Source: a virus | Strand: one strand, 5' to 3' | IMG/VR virus record: IMGVR_UViG_3300042402_005830 | Coordinates: 11,726 to 75,725 of that record | DNA: 64,000 bases | Part shown: one piece after another, positions 37,897 through 47,818 of the stretch | Layout of the letters: each line of letters begins with the position of its first letter | Numbering within the stretch: the first letter of the stretch is position 1 | Notes under the pieces: model-generated | What the model was told of the DNA's origin: nothing | What the model saw: only the letters and a program-made list of their open reading frames with translations | Databases searched by the model: none | Position numbers and translations under genes: made by a program

Positions 37897-39107
37897 ATTG
37901 AATTATAGAAATTTCTACGGTTTTCGGAAAGTACCCTCAAGTGGTATTTTGAACTTACGGTTTCATAAAGTTGTTCTCCCAAGTCTTCAACCCAACTTGG
38001 ATTTTCGATCAATTTTTTCATGAATTTACTCCAATCTTTATGATTTTTGTATTCATCAACAAGTAAACCATTTGCTCCTTTTACAAAATTACCTTGATCA
38101 AGACCGTGTTTAATATCAATCGTATATGGTCCGATGTTAGATGCAATAATTGCTTTTTTATAGAAACCAGCCTCAATAACTTTTAATTGTGATTTCATAC
38201 GATTGAACATGGTATTTTTGATCGGCGCCAAAGAAATATCAAACTTACTATAGTTTTTAGCATATGATGTAACAGGTGCTGTCCAAACTCTTGTATAAAA
38301 CGGATCAGGTTCTCCTGTATATTCTTCTTGTTTCCACTTTGTGAGAAATTCTCTTTGCTTGTCGGAAACAAACTTATAGTTTGAGGTGAATATCTTTTCG
38401 TATTTAGCCCAAACAGTTTCTTCAGGTAGAATTGGTCTTTGTGTTTGTTTCCCCGTTGATTTATCAATTTCTGTAACAGTACCACGAGTATCAAACCCAC
38501 AGATATAAAGACGATACTTATCTCTTAATTCTGAAATCTTGTCAAAAGTACCTTCCAAAAGCATCAAATCATGAAGGTGGGAAGATCCTCCCAACCATCC
38601 GAAACGAAGTTTATCTGAAGGAAGGGTTGGTTCTTTGAATTGTGGTTCTTCGGGGTCAATACCATTTGCAATAACATGAACGTTCTTATTGACAGTTTTT
38701 CTGATTTCATTTGCGAACAAATCAGTAGTTGTTATGACCCATTCCGCAGCTCTCAAGTTATTAACGATAAGTTGATCGAACTTACGTTCTACAACCATTG
38801 CATGAGCAGGATGTTCCATACCAGGCATCCAATAGTCGTCAATATCACAAACAGTTTTGATTCCCATATCTTTAAGTTTGAGAATCATTTGTCTTGACCC
38901 TTCATAATCGGTGTTCAAACTTCTATGAAAGGAAACAATATCGTAATTTTTAAAGAAATTAATATCATTAATATTGATATCATACATAATATCAATATGA
39001 AACTCGTCAGGGTATTGTTGTTGTAGATAAGTGTGGGGTTGAACCGATCTGAATTTACCAACACCGGTACGGTCACTTGGAAGGACTAAAATTCGTTTTT
39101 TTGACAT
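37893..39107 (-). CDS. GT-B glycosyltransferase
   Basis: DIDDYW, FGWLGGSSHLHDL, DISLAP, FNRMKSQLKVIEAG, IIASN. Confidence 0.85.
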   Translation of the reverse strand: MSKKRILVLPSDRTGVGKFRSVQPHTYLQQQYPDEFHIDIMYDININDINFFKNYDIVSFHRSLNTDYEGSRQMILKLKDMGIKTVCDIDDYWMPGMEHPAHAMVVERKFDQLIVNNLRAAEWVITTTDLFANEIRKTVNKNVHVIANGIDPEEPQFKEPTLPSDKLRFGWLGGSSHLHDLMLLEGTFDKISELRDKYRLYICGFDTRGTVTEIDKSTGKQTQRPILPEETVWAKYEKIFTSNYKFVSDKQREFLTKWKQEEYTGEPDPFYTRVWTAPVTSYAKNYSKFDISLAPIKNTMFNRMKSQLKVIEAGFYKKAIIASNIGPYTIDIKHGLDQGNFVKGANGLLVDEYKNHKDWSKFMKKLIENPSWVEDLGEQLYETVSSKYHLRVLSENRRNFYNSI

Positions 39108-39153
39108 ATTTTTTTATTGAAAGTATAAATAAAAACCTTCAATAAAAAAAGTG

Positions 39154-39705
39154 TTACTTCAGTTTTTTCACGGTCGTAATCTTTCCCTCAAAGACATGTT
39201 TTCCAATTGATAGTTTCATTGTTTCATTTGAAGGTTTGGATTCTGTAATCACATCTTTAATTTGACCTAACTCTTCTTTGATTACATCTCTAACTGTGTC
39301 TCTAACCAAATTTCTCAACATAGTTTTAAAAGATTCATCAATAACTGTTGTTTGATTATTTTGTTTTTTTGGCTGTCCTGACTGACTCTGAATCAATTTC
39401 GCAGCACCTTCAATAACATCGTTTGATAGTGTTGGACTATAAGAATCGGGTTTAGCAATCGGGTTTTCAATCATTAATCTCTTAATTTCGTCGGGTAGGT
39501 TTGAACTCATGATTCTTTGTTCATTCAAAACCGGTGCGGAAACTTGTTGTGGTTGTGATGGTATATTGTAAGTTGGTTCTTGATATTCTTGGGGAATATT
39601 TACTCTTGCGTTTTCACGAACTTGACCTCTAGACATATCATCGTGTCTATTCATTATTTGTTTTGATACAGCCAACTTTTGCATCAAAGAATTCATATCT
39701 GACAT
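39154..39705 (-). CDS. Hypothetical protein
   Basis: 183 aa ORF. Confidence 0.65.
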   Translation of the reverse strand: MSDMNSLMQKLAVSKQIMNRHDDMSRGQVRENARVNIPQEYQEPTYNIPSQPQQVSAPVLNEQRIMSSNLPDEIKRLMIENPIAKPDSYSPTLSNDVIEGAAKLIQSQSGQPKKQNNQTTVIDESFKTMLRNLVRDTVRDVIKEELGQIKDVITESKPSNETMKLSIGKHVFEGKITTVKKLK

Positions 39706-39710
39706 CTTAA

Positions 39711-40094
39711 TTAGAATTTTGCATTTATGTAGACCTTAGTCATGGATTTATCACCGTTTGGATTATAACCAGGACGAGCCTCTGTAAATTTATCACCTGT
39801 TAAGTTAAAAGAAAATGTTTTAGGAACAATAAACAACCTCCACCCTGGTAATGGTTGTTTTCCGATAGTTGAAGTATGTGAAGCACCCTCTCTTTCCCAT
39901 GCTCTTAAAACTAAATTACCCTTTTTAGAAAGACCCAAACACACCGGTTCCAATTCCCTCAAACCTTTACCACCTGGTTGATCACCATCGTAGTTAATTA
40001 CGATCACATTTTTATTGCGTATGGCGTTTGTAAGGTCTTGTTGGGACGCAACTTCAAGAAGTACTAATTTTCTTAATTCCTTAAGAAGTTTCAT
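39711..40094 (-). CDS. Stand-alone WYL-domain protein
   Basis: AIRNKNVIVINY...RELEPVCLG...LVLRAW...WRLF. Confidence 0.75.
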   Translation of the reverse strand: MKLLKELRKLVLLEVASQQDLTNAIRNKNVIVINYDGDQPGGKGLRELEPVCLGLSKKGNLVLRAWEREGASHTSTIGKQPLPGWRLFIVPKTFSFNLTGDKFTEARPGYNPNGDKSMTKVYINAKF

Positions 40095-40387
40095 TATTCA
40101 GGGATTGTATAACCTTTGTCTTTGTTATATTTGTTGATCTTGATGTTATTAACTCTTTCTGCAGTATCCAAAGAAGTTCCTGCTTGAACATTATAAACAT
40201 CTAAATAAAGACCTGTACCTCTACCAATCGCATCACCATCGGCAATAGCATCAGGGTGAACTGAAGAGTAACTTTGTGATCTTGGAGAAAAATCATTTCT
40301 TGGAAATAAAATACCTCTTTGTGATTCAGCAATTTTACTCAAATCGTTGTTCGGTTGTGCGAAATCTAATCTATCGTTAGCTTCCAT
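40094..40387 (-). CDS. Hypothetical protein
   Basis: 97 aa ORF, coupled to neighbours. Confidence 0.65.
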   Translation of the reverse strand: MEANDRLDFAQPNNDLSKIAESQRGILFPRNDFSPRSQSYSSVHPDAIADGDAIGRGTGLYLDVYNVQAGTSLDTAERVNNIKINKYNKDKGYTIPE

Positions 40388-40838
40388 AATTTATTAATTT
40401 TTTTATTTTATTTATTTCTTTATTAATTTTGGCAGGACCAAACTGATCTGATTTACTTTGATTCGGTTCTCTACCCATCAACGGACTTTCAGGTTTCAAA
40501 TCAGTTTCGGGTTTTGTTGTTTTTTGAACTTCTTTGTTTTTACCATCTTGATCTCTCATGTTTTGCAAAGTTTGAACAACCCACCTTTCCATTGGTTCTC
40601 CACCATGAAGTTCATATGAAATTCCTTCTTTTGGATTTGTTTTAAACCAATTTTGCCACCTTTCCAAATTTTGGAATGTAATTATTTTTCTTTTTACCAA
40701 ATCTAAATTTCTTTTCCACCCTTGAGTTTGGGATAATTCTTCTTTTGACTTACCCGCACCCAACTTTTGTTTCTCTTTCAAGAGGTTCAAAAGTTCATTT
40801 GGAACTCTAATCTGTTTTCCGTATAGGGATTTGTTCAT
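40377..40838 (-). CDS. Hypothetical protein
   Basis: 153 aa ORF. Confidence 0.65.
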   Translation of the reverse strand: MNKSLYGKQIRVPNELLNLLKEKQKLGAGKSKEELSQTQGWKRNLDLVKRKIITFQNLERWQNWFKTNPKEGISYELHGGEPMERWVVQTLQNMRDQDGKNKEVQKTTKPETDLKPESPLMGREPNQSKSDQFGPAKINKEINKIKKLINYGS

Positions 40839-41581
40839 AGATTTTTGACGAGTTTTAAAAGTTCGGAAACCGACAAACCTTCTTTTTTTGCCATCTTTTT
40901 CAAAGACTTGATATTTCTTTGAAGTATTTTTGAGGTTTTGGATTCTTTATCGTTCAAATCATGATCTTTTGCTGATTTTTGAACCAAAATATCTTCAACC
41001 ATTTTTATTGCTTTTTGTCTTTGTTCTTCTTGAATTTCTTTTTCTTTCAAAACACCTCTCATAACAAAGTTTTTATCTCCTTTATATGGTGATTTTTCAT
41101 CCATGGATTCCTTTTTTCCAAACTGTTCTGCTCTATCCACCGCGTCATCCACGTCCATCCCTAATTTGTCTTCCAAATACTCTATGGTTTCTTCTGCGTC
41201 CATAAATTTTGTTTCTTCATATCCAAACGCATCTTTAAAATTCACTTCCTTTAATGTCGGTGAGAAATACGCCCCAAAAGCTCTGAATCCTCTTGATAGT
41301 GGGTCATTTGTTATCCTTGCACTTGGAACGGTTTGGTCCATAGTTTTTCTTGGGTGGAGTTTTGGATTGAGACCAAACGGAATTTTTGAACTATTCATAG
41401 TTCCATCAAAATCAACCAACTCATCCAACTCACCCTTTTCAGTTTTATTTAATTTTGACAAATATTGTTTGTGAGTTTTACATGGCATGAAGATGTCTCC
41501 GTGTTTGTGAGTACCTTCACAACCCAACTCTTCGGACTTTTTTTCCGCGGTTTTCTCGAGTTTATAACCCTTAAGTTTCAT
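40835..41581 (-). CDS. Hypothetical protein with an N-terminal DUF3721-like Cys/His motif
   Basis: AEKKSEELGCEGTHKHGDIFMPC. Confidence 0.55.
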   Translation of the reverse strand: MKLKGYKLEKTAEKKSEELGCEGTHKHGDIFMPCKTHKQYLSKLNKTEKGELDELVDFDGTMNSSKIPFGLNPKLHPRKTMDQTVPSARITNDPLSRGFRAFGAYFSPTLKEVNFKDAFGYEETKFMDAEETIEYLEDKLGMDVDDAVDRAEQFGKKESMDEKSPYKGDKNFVMRGVLKEKEIQEEQRQKAIKMVEDILVQKSAKDHDLNDKESKTSKILQRNIKSLKKMAKKEGLSVSELLKLVKNL

Positions 41582-41593
41582 TAAGTTTTTACT

Positions 41594-41619
41594 ATAAATA
41601 CAAGGTTAGATGTATTTAT
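41594..41619. promoter_or_regulatory. Back-to-back TATTTAT putative late promoters serving divergent operons
   Basis: ATAAATAC-AAGGTTAGAT-GTATTTAT between the starts at 41581 (-) and 41636 (+). Confidence 0.65.
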
Positions 41620-41635
41620 TTTAAAAAAACGATCC

Positions 41636-43798
41636 GTGGGAATTCAAAATATTAGAAATCATTCCAACAACGCAATTAAAGTAAGATTGGATACTTCACA
41701 GTATTACGATTTTTACTTATCTAATGATGAAATCGAGTTCGACCAAGAGACCGTTTTTTCCACTAATTTAATTGGTTTTGACGATGGTTCGGTTTTACCT
41801 GTTAATATCAGATTATGGGACAACGACTGTTCACCACAATTAGAATTAAATTATGGTGATTTCAACAGTGATAATAATATAGTTTCAGATAAATTTTATC
41901 CATTTGATGATCTACAAGAAAGTGAATGTTACACTTTAACAGGAATTTGTGATGTTGGATTAACCGGTATTGACAATGGTCTGACAGATAGAATGACAGG
42001 CGAAACACTTTACCATACCAAAGGTTTATTAGAAAGTATAAATAAATTTGATAGATTAACATACGACAGGCTGCTTAAGTTGATTTCTGTTACATCAAAC
42101 GTAAGATCCCCCAACACAAGATTTTCAGGTCTGACTGCAGATACCGTGTATAATATAGTGTCCAAAAATTCTTCAGATTTTGGATACTATCAAGAATTAT
42201 ATGGTGGTTTTTATCAAGGATTCTACAAACTGCATGAATATGATTGGCAAATTCTTCCGGAAAGATATGAATTAGGATGGACTTTAGAAACCGTTATAAG
42301 ACCTAGAATATACGATGAATTTACCCCGAATAATGGGCAAACAACATTGAACCAAATTTATCCTGAGAACGCAGGTATTTTCTTTTTCATGGGTACAAGG
42401 GCTGAAGATAAATTTTATCATTATGCATCAGGTCATCCTGAAAATTATACAGCATATACGAGGGTCACTGAAAATTTAGATTGTTTAAAAACTTGTTCAT
42501 GTAGTCAAACTGGATTTACCTCTGATTGTTATAATGTTTATCCAATTTCGGGTAATACATTTCAGGGAACTGACTGTACCGTTTGTGGGAACGCATGTGA
42601 ACATAAGGTAGTGGCTATTCCACCAAAAAACCCAACAATAGATGTATTATCTAACTCATTTGCAATAAGGTTGTCTGGTGATCCAAAAAACCCCAAAATT
42701 AATATTAGAACAATAACAATTACAGGTGCTTGTCAAACAACAGCCGATTGTAGTAATAACGAATATTATTTGACCGGATATTCAATCAATAACATATATT
42801 CGAATATAGGTATTTACGATTTTTGTTCGGGAAGTACAAATCAAACTGATTTTTTGAATACAGAAAAGTGGTTACAAATTGATGTATCATTCAAACGATA
42901 TACTTTTTATGAGGGGTGTGATCTTTTTTATGAGGGGGGTATTGGTGAGATGAGTTCATTGATTTATCCCGCAACAGAAAGAAATGACACTTTAAGTTTA
43001 ATAAGACCACCTTTTACTCACGATGAAGAAGTAGAATATCCAGTTCAAAGAGTGGTTATGAATCGAGATTTTATTGATTCCAAAGATAAAAGGCTTGGGA
43101 CATTAAAAGTATTTTTAAATGGGTATTTGTTTATGGTGGTAGAAAATTTCGAAGAAATAATTCCAAGACCTTTGGATACTGAAAAAGAAAAACAAATAGG
43201 GGTAAGTTATTCTATGTCTTGGGGTGGTGGAACTCAAGGGTTAAGAGAAAATTTGACATTTAACTCCTGTACTGGAACCACTTACCAACAAGATCCTGAA
43301 CTTTTTCCAGACACAGTTTTATCATCTACAACATTGTCTGGAATTTCTACCGGAATTTTGATGGAAAAATATTTTGGAGGAACATTTGATGGTGCCTTAT
43401 CTGAATTTAGATTTTATGCTCAACCTTTGAATGGTGGACAAATTCAACATAACAATAGAATATTGAAAGGGATATATAATTTATTTGATTATTTTTGTTT
43501 GAATTGTGGTGAATTTGAACCAGCCCCTACACCCACACCATCTACACCGGTTACCGCAACACCAACACCAACAATTACACCGACCATCACTTTAACACCT
43601 TCTATTACACCTACTATAACAGTAACACCTTCAATTACACCAACGGTGACTGTAACCCCTGGTCTTACTCCTACGGCACAACCAACACCTTCAGTCACAC
43701 CAACTCTCACCACAACACCAAGCATTACCCCTACTGTTTCGAGATCACCAGGTAATACAGGTATAAAAACAATTTTTGTTCGATTTAATAATCTTTGA
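41636..43798 (+). CDS. Putative virion protein: LamG/ConA-like fold with a C-terminal Thr/Pro repeat
   Basis: WTLETVIRP, KWLQIDV, LKVFLNG, FDGALSEFRFYAQPL; tail of TPTIT/TPSIT/TPTVT repeats. Confidence 0.65.
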   Translation: MGIQNIRNHSNNAIKVRLDTSQYYDFYLSNDEIEFDQETVFSTNLIGFDDGSVLPVNIRLWDNDCSPQLELNYGDFNSDNNIVSDKFYPFDDLQESECYTLTGICDVGLTGIDNGLTDRMTGETLYHTKGLLESINKFDRLTYDRLLKLISVTSNVRSPNTRFSGLTADTVYNIVSKNSSDFGYYQELYGGFYQGFYKLHEYDWQILPERYELGWTLETVIRPRIYDEFTPNNGQTTLNQIYPENAGIFFFMGTRAEDKFYHYASGHPENYTAYTRVTENLDCLKTCSCSQTGFTSDCYNVYPISGNTFQGTDCTVCGNACEHKVVAIPPKNPTIDVLSNSFAIRLSGDPKNPKINIRTITITGACQTTADCSNNEYYLTGYSINNIYSNIGIYDFCSGSTNQTDFLNTEKWLQIDVSFKRYTFYEGCDLFYEGGIGEMSSLIYPATERNDTLSLIRPPFTHDEEVEYPVQRVVMNRDFIDSKDKRLGTLKVFLNGYLFMVVENFEEIIPRPLDTEKEKQIGVSYSMSWGGGTQGLRENLTFNSCTGTTYQQDPELFPDTVLSSTTLSGISTGILMEKYFGGTFDGALSEFRFYAQPLNGGQIQHNNRILKGIYNLFDYFCLNCGEFEPAPTPTPSTPVTATPTPTITPTITLTPSITPTITVTPSITPTVTVTPGLTPTAQPTPSVTPTLTTTPSITPTVSRSPGNTGIKTIFVRFNNL

Positions 43799-45018
43799 TA
43801 ATGAAAAATGAATCTTTACATCAATCAATTGAACAATTAAAGGTCGAATACGATAATGAATCAATTTGTTTGGGAAAAAAAATAAAAAATGGTGTTGTAA
43901 CTGACGAATTATCTGTGGTTTTTTTCGTCGATGAAAAAAAACCAATTGAACTTCTTTCATCATCAGAATTAATACCTAGTAGAGTTAATTTGAATGGGAC
44001 AATTTTGAAAACAGATATTGTTGAATCTTTTGTTGCAAATACAAACCCATGTCCTACTGAATTTAATACAAATTGTATTTTTAATCCTGTTCCTAACAGG
44101 TCATACATTCGACCAATTGTGGGTGGTATTTCAATCAGAAAAACCACAGATGGTATAGGTACTCTTGGTTTTATGGCGAAACATTCTGAAACAGGATCTC
44201 TAGTTGGGGTTACCAATTTACATGTTGCAATGAAAACTCATTATTTGGCATCAACACTTTGTAAGACACCCCCATGTTCTTTCAATTATAATTCTTTAGT
44301 TGAGCAAATTTATCAACCAGGTGAAAGTTCTTCTTATGAAACTGATTTTTATAACTTAGGTAGAGTTATGTATTGTTATTTATTACCTTCAACTAGCGCT
44401 GAAATAGATTGTTGTTTGGTTGCTTTGAAGGAAAGTGTCACCTCAAACTCTCAATCATATAAACAGTATGGATTAGATTTCACATACGCTCCTATTTTTG
44501 CAACAACTGCGGAAATTGACTCGATCTTAACAAATAATATTCCTTTAGCCGCGTCAGGTCGTTCATCAGGACCCAAACAAGGAAGTCTTTGTGGTTTGAA
44601 GGCATTGTACTCCAATTTTTCTACAAGTGTTCAAGGGTACAGAAAAAATAACGATGGTAAAATTTGGATTCACCCATTTCGAAATCAAATTGCGTTCACA
44701 AGAGTTAATGAAAGTTGCCCCGACCCTTCTATTCCGGGTGATTCAGGATCAGGGGTTTTTGGATTTTTTAATGGTGTATGGAAATTAGTGGGTTTGAATT
44801 TTGCCGGTGGTACATTAGGAAGTGGTATAGAAGTTGGTATATTTAATCGAATTGATAAAGTTGCGGAATTGATGGGTATTGAACCTTGGAATGGTAGTCC
44901 CACAAGTTTTTTAAATTTGAATAACATAGATACTTACGAAATTCAAGGATTTGATTCTCAACGAACAATTACTGTTAATGGACAAACTTATTGGCAATCT
45001 GGATTAGTAGAAAATTAA
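43795..45018 (+). CDS. Nal1-like trypsin-fold serine protease
   Basis: GTLG, VTNLHVA (His), IDCCLV (Asp), PGDSGS (Ser), VGLNFAG; N-terminal GKKIKNG..ELSVVFFVDEKKP...LIP module. Confidence 0.8.
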   Translation: MIMKNESLHQSIEQLKVEYDNESICLGKKIKNGVVTDELSVVFFVDEKKPIELLSSSELIPSRVNLNGTILKTDIVESFVANTNPCPTEFNTNCIFNPVPNRSYIRPIVGGISIRKTTDGIGTLGFMAKHSETGSLVGVTNLHVAMKTHYLASTLCKTPPCSFNYNSLVEQIYQPGESSSYETDFYNLGRVMYCYLLPSTSAEIDCCLVALKESVTSNSQSYKQYGLDFTYAPIFATTAEIDSILTNNIPLAASGRSSGPKQGSLCGLKALYSNFSTSVQGYRKNNDGKIWIHPFRNQIAFTRVNESCPDPSIPGDSGSGVFGFFNGVWKLVGLNFAGGTLGSGIEVGIFNRIDKVAELMGIEPWNGSPTSFLNLNNIDTYEIQGFDSQRTITVNGQTYWQSGLVEN

Positions 45019-45080
45019 CCTTTACGATGGGTGAATTTTTTTTATGATTTACGTAAAATAAAATTCAATTCCATAATTAA

Positions 45081-46325
45081 GTGACCATATTTGTTCAAAT
45101 AGCCTCTTATAGAGACCCTGAGTTAGAAAAAACAATCAAGAATATGATTGAAATGGCGGATCGACCCGATAAATTGAGGTTCGGAATCGCAAGACAATAT
45201 AGTGAAGAAGATGGATTCGATAAATTAGAAGAATATAGAGAAGATACAAGATTCAGAATTCTCGACATTCCTTATAATGAATCAAACGGTGCTTGTTGGG
45301 CGAGACACCTTATTCAACAACTCTACAAAAATGAAACTTATACCCTTCAAATCGACTCCCACATGAGGTTCGAGAAAAGTTGGGATATAACTCTAATTGA
45401 CATGATTGATCAACTTAAAGAGGATGGTCATGAAAAACCACTTTTGACTGGTTATGTAAGTTCGTTTGATCCCGATAATGATCCGGCAGGAAGAGCAAGA
45501 GACCCTTGGAGGATGACTTTTGATAGATTTATACCTGAAGGAGCTGTATTTTTCTTACCCGAAACAATTCCGAATTGGAATGATTTGGATAAACCAGTAC
45601 CTGCTAGATTTTATTCAGCTCACTTCTGTTTTACTCTTGGACAGTTCTCTAAAGAGGTGCAACACGATCCTGAATATTATTTTCACGGAGAAGAAATCAG
45701 TATTGCCGCAAGGGCGTACACACATGGATACGACTTATTTCACCCACACAGAGTTGTTATTTATCACGAATATACAAGAAAAGGTAGAACCAAACAGTGG
45801 GATGATGATAAGAAGTGGGTTGAAAAGAATAACCGTAGTCACCAAAAAAATAGACAATTGTTTGGAATGGATGGTGAAGAACAGATTGATTTTGGAGATT
45901 TTGGATTTGGAAAAGTTAGAACTTTAAGAGATTACGAAAGATATTCGGGTCTCCTATTTAGTCAAAGATCCGTACAAAAATATACTTTAGATAAAGAATA
46001 CCCACCAAATCCAAATGATTTTGAAACCGAAGAAGATTGGATAAACTCATTTACAAAACAATTTAAACATTGTATTGATATCGGTTATGATCGAGTTCCT
46101 GAAAAAGATTATGACTTTTGGGTGGTTGCATTTCATGACCACAATGATGAGACCATATTTAGAAAAGATGCGGATAAACACGAAATTCAAGGTTTTTTCC
46201 GAGATCCTGATGGATATTGTAAAGTTTGGAGAACTTTTAATGCGGAACAAAAACCAGCATATTGGGTTGTATGGCCACACTCTGAAAGTAAGGGTTGGGG
46301 TGAAAGAATGACCGGTAATTTATAA
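45081..46325 (+). CDS. GT60-family (GlcNAc/Gnt1-like) polypeptide alpha-GlcNAc transferase
   Basis: TIFVQIASYRDPEL, GACWARH, YTLQIDSHMRF, SAHFCF, YFHGEEISIAARAYTHGYDLFHP. Confidence 0.85.
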   Translation: MTIFVQIASYRDPELEKTIKNMIEMADRPDKLRFGIARQYSEEDGFDKLEEYREDTRFRILDIPYNESNGACWARHLIQQLYKNETYTLQIDSHMRFEKSWDITLIDMIDQLKEDGHEKPLLTGYVSSFDPDNDPAGRARDPWRMTFDRFIPEGAVFFLPETIPNWNDLDKPVPARFYSAHFCFTLGQFSKEVQHDPEYYFHGEEISIAARAYTHGYDLFHPHRVVIYHEYTRKGRTKQWDDDKKWVEKNNRSHQKNRQLFGMDGEEQIDFGDFGFGKVRTLRDYERYSGLLFSQRSVQKYTLDKEYPPNPNDFETEEDWINSFTKQFKHCIDIGYDRVPEKDYDFWVVAFHDHNDETIFRKDADKHEIQGFFRDPDGYCKVWRTFNAEQKPAYWVVWPHSESKGWGERMTGNL

Positions 46326-46342
46326 ATAAAAAAAATAAAATC

Positions 46343-46978
46343 ATGATAACAAAATGGAATTATAATAACCACGGGGAATTTAGACCCTATGTAAAGGACT
46401 TAATTTCTAAAAATAATTACACATCAATTGATATTGGTGCGTCCGCAAGATATTGGTCCTATCCTGAATGTAAAGTAGTTGTAGATACATATCCGGTTCA
46501 TGAAAAAGATACATTATTTTTTGATATAAACATTGAAGATATCGAACAATGGGATAAAATATTTGAATATGTGAATCAACATGGAAAATTTGATTTTTCA
46601 ATATGTTCACATACTATGGAAGATGTCTTTAATCCTATAGAATTATCTAAAATTTTAGAAAAAATTTCAAAAAGGGGTTATATTGCAATACCATCAAAAT
46701 ATAATGAATTTACCAAACTGTTTTCTAATAAATACAGAGGTGATGCACATCACAAACAGTTTTTTGATGTTTTTGACAACCAGTTAATTGTTTATCCAAA
46801 ATTTAATTGGATTGAAACAGATGAAAGAAGTGATTTGATTTTAAAAAATTATGTAGCAAATGAATTAACTTTGTTTTGGGAGGAAAAAATACCAATCAAA
46901 GTTTTTGGTAATGGTAAACCCTATATTGGAGATGATAATTTAATTAACGCTTATTATAACCAACTAATAATTAAATAA
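46343..46978 (+). CDS. Class I SAM-dependent methyltransferase
   Basis: SIDIGAS, FDFSICSHTMED, RGYIAIPS. Confidence 0.75.
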   Translation: MITKWNYNNHGEFRPYVKDLISKNNYTSIDIGASARYWSYPECKVVVDTYPVHEKDTLFFDINIEDIEQWDKIFEYVNQHGKFDFSICSHTMEDVFNPIELSKILEKISKRGYIAIPSKYNEFTKLFSNKYRGDAHHKQFFDVFDNQLIVYPKFNWIETDERSDLILKNYVANELTLFWEEKIPIKVFGNGKPYIGDDNLINAYYNQLIIK

Positions 46979-47805
46979 TGATCGAAATTTACAATGAATA
47001 TGATCATCACTTACAGGGTGGTCATTTTTCCTCCTATAAAAAGAATTTGGGAAATAAATTATTCATCTATGCCACTTGTAAAATAATTTCGGATTCATTG
47101 GATTATAATCTAATATTACCTGATAAGTCATTTATAAGACGAGAAACACAAAAAACAAATCAATATATAGTTGATGAGTTTCCTTTTGGAAGTATTACTA
47201 ATAAAAAGTCTGTTGATTGTTGCCCAATTGTGATCGATGATGATACTTTTATTTCTTATGGGAGTATTGAAAATTTTATAAAAAAAATAGACAATAATAA
47301 AATATTATCAACAGGGTACTATAGTAAATATGAATATATTAAACCGTATAAAAATGAGGTACGAAATTTTTATAAAAAGTTAGTAAAAGAAAAGAGAAAT
47401 AACAATGACATAATTATGATGCTGAGAAATAGTCGAGATGATGCTAGATTTGTAATTGATGATGAATATTATTTGACTATCCTTGAAAATGAAGAATTTG
47501 AAAATTTATATGTATCAATTGACCATACATATCAGCACAGTAGTATTTTAAAAAAAATTGAAAAGTATAATCCAAAATTTATTGACGGTGGAATTATCGA
47601 TGTTTTTAGTGAAATTACAAGTTTTAATAGAATAATCGCTTGTCAGGGAACATTTTCATTTTGGGCTTGTTTTCTGTCCAACGCTGAAAAAATTTATTGG
47701 CCATTGACTAAAGATGGACCAAACTCGAATAATCTATCTCATGGTAAACATTTAAATTTGATCGTTGATGATGAATCAAGATATGAATTTATTAAATTAA
47801 AATAA
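46978..47805 (+). CDS. GT11-like alpha-1,2-fucosyltransferase
   Basis: LGNKLFIYA, GYYSKYEY, MMLR..D, IIACQGTFSFWACFLS. Confidence 0.7.
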   Translation: MIEIYNEYDHHLQGGHFSSYKKNLGNKLFIYATCKIISDSLDYNLILPDKSFIRRETQKTNQYIVDEFPFGSITNKKSVDCCPIVIDDDTFISYGSIENFIKKIDNNKILSTGYYSKYEYIKPYKNEVRNFYKKLVKEKRNNNDIIMMLRNSRDDARFVIDDEYYLTILENEEFENLYVSIDHTYQHSSILKKIEKYNPKFIDGGIIDVFSEITSFNRIIACQGTFSFWACFLSNAEKIYWPLTKDGPNSNNLSHGKHLNLIVDDESRYEFIKLK

Positions 47806-47818
47806 AACTTGTACAAAA

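Noticed and set aside
45081-46325. Complete Skp1-type hydroxyproline glycosylation pathway
   Set aside because: No prolyl hydroxylase is recognisable in this window, so Thr-directed transfer is the simpler reading; one could lie elsewhere in the genome
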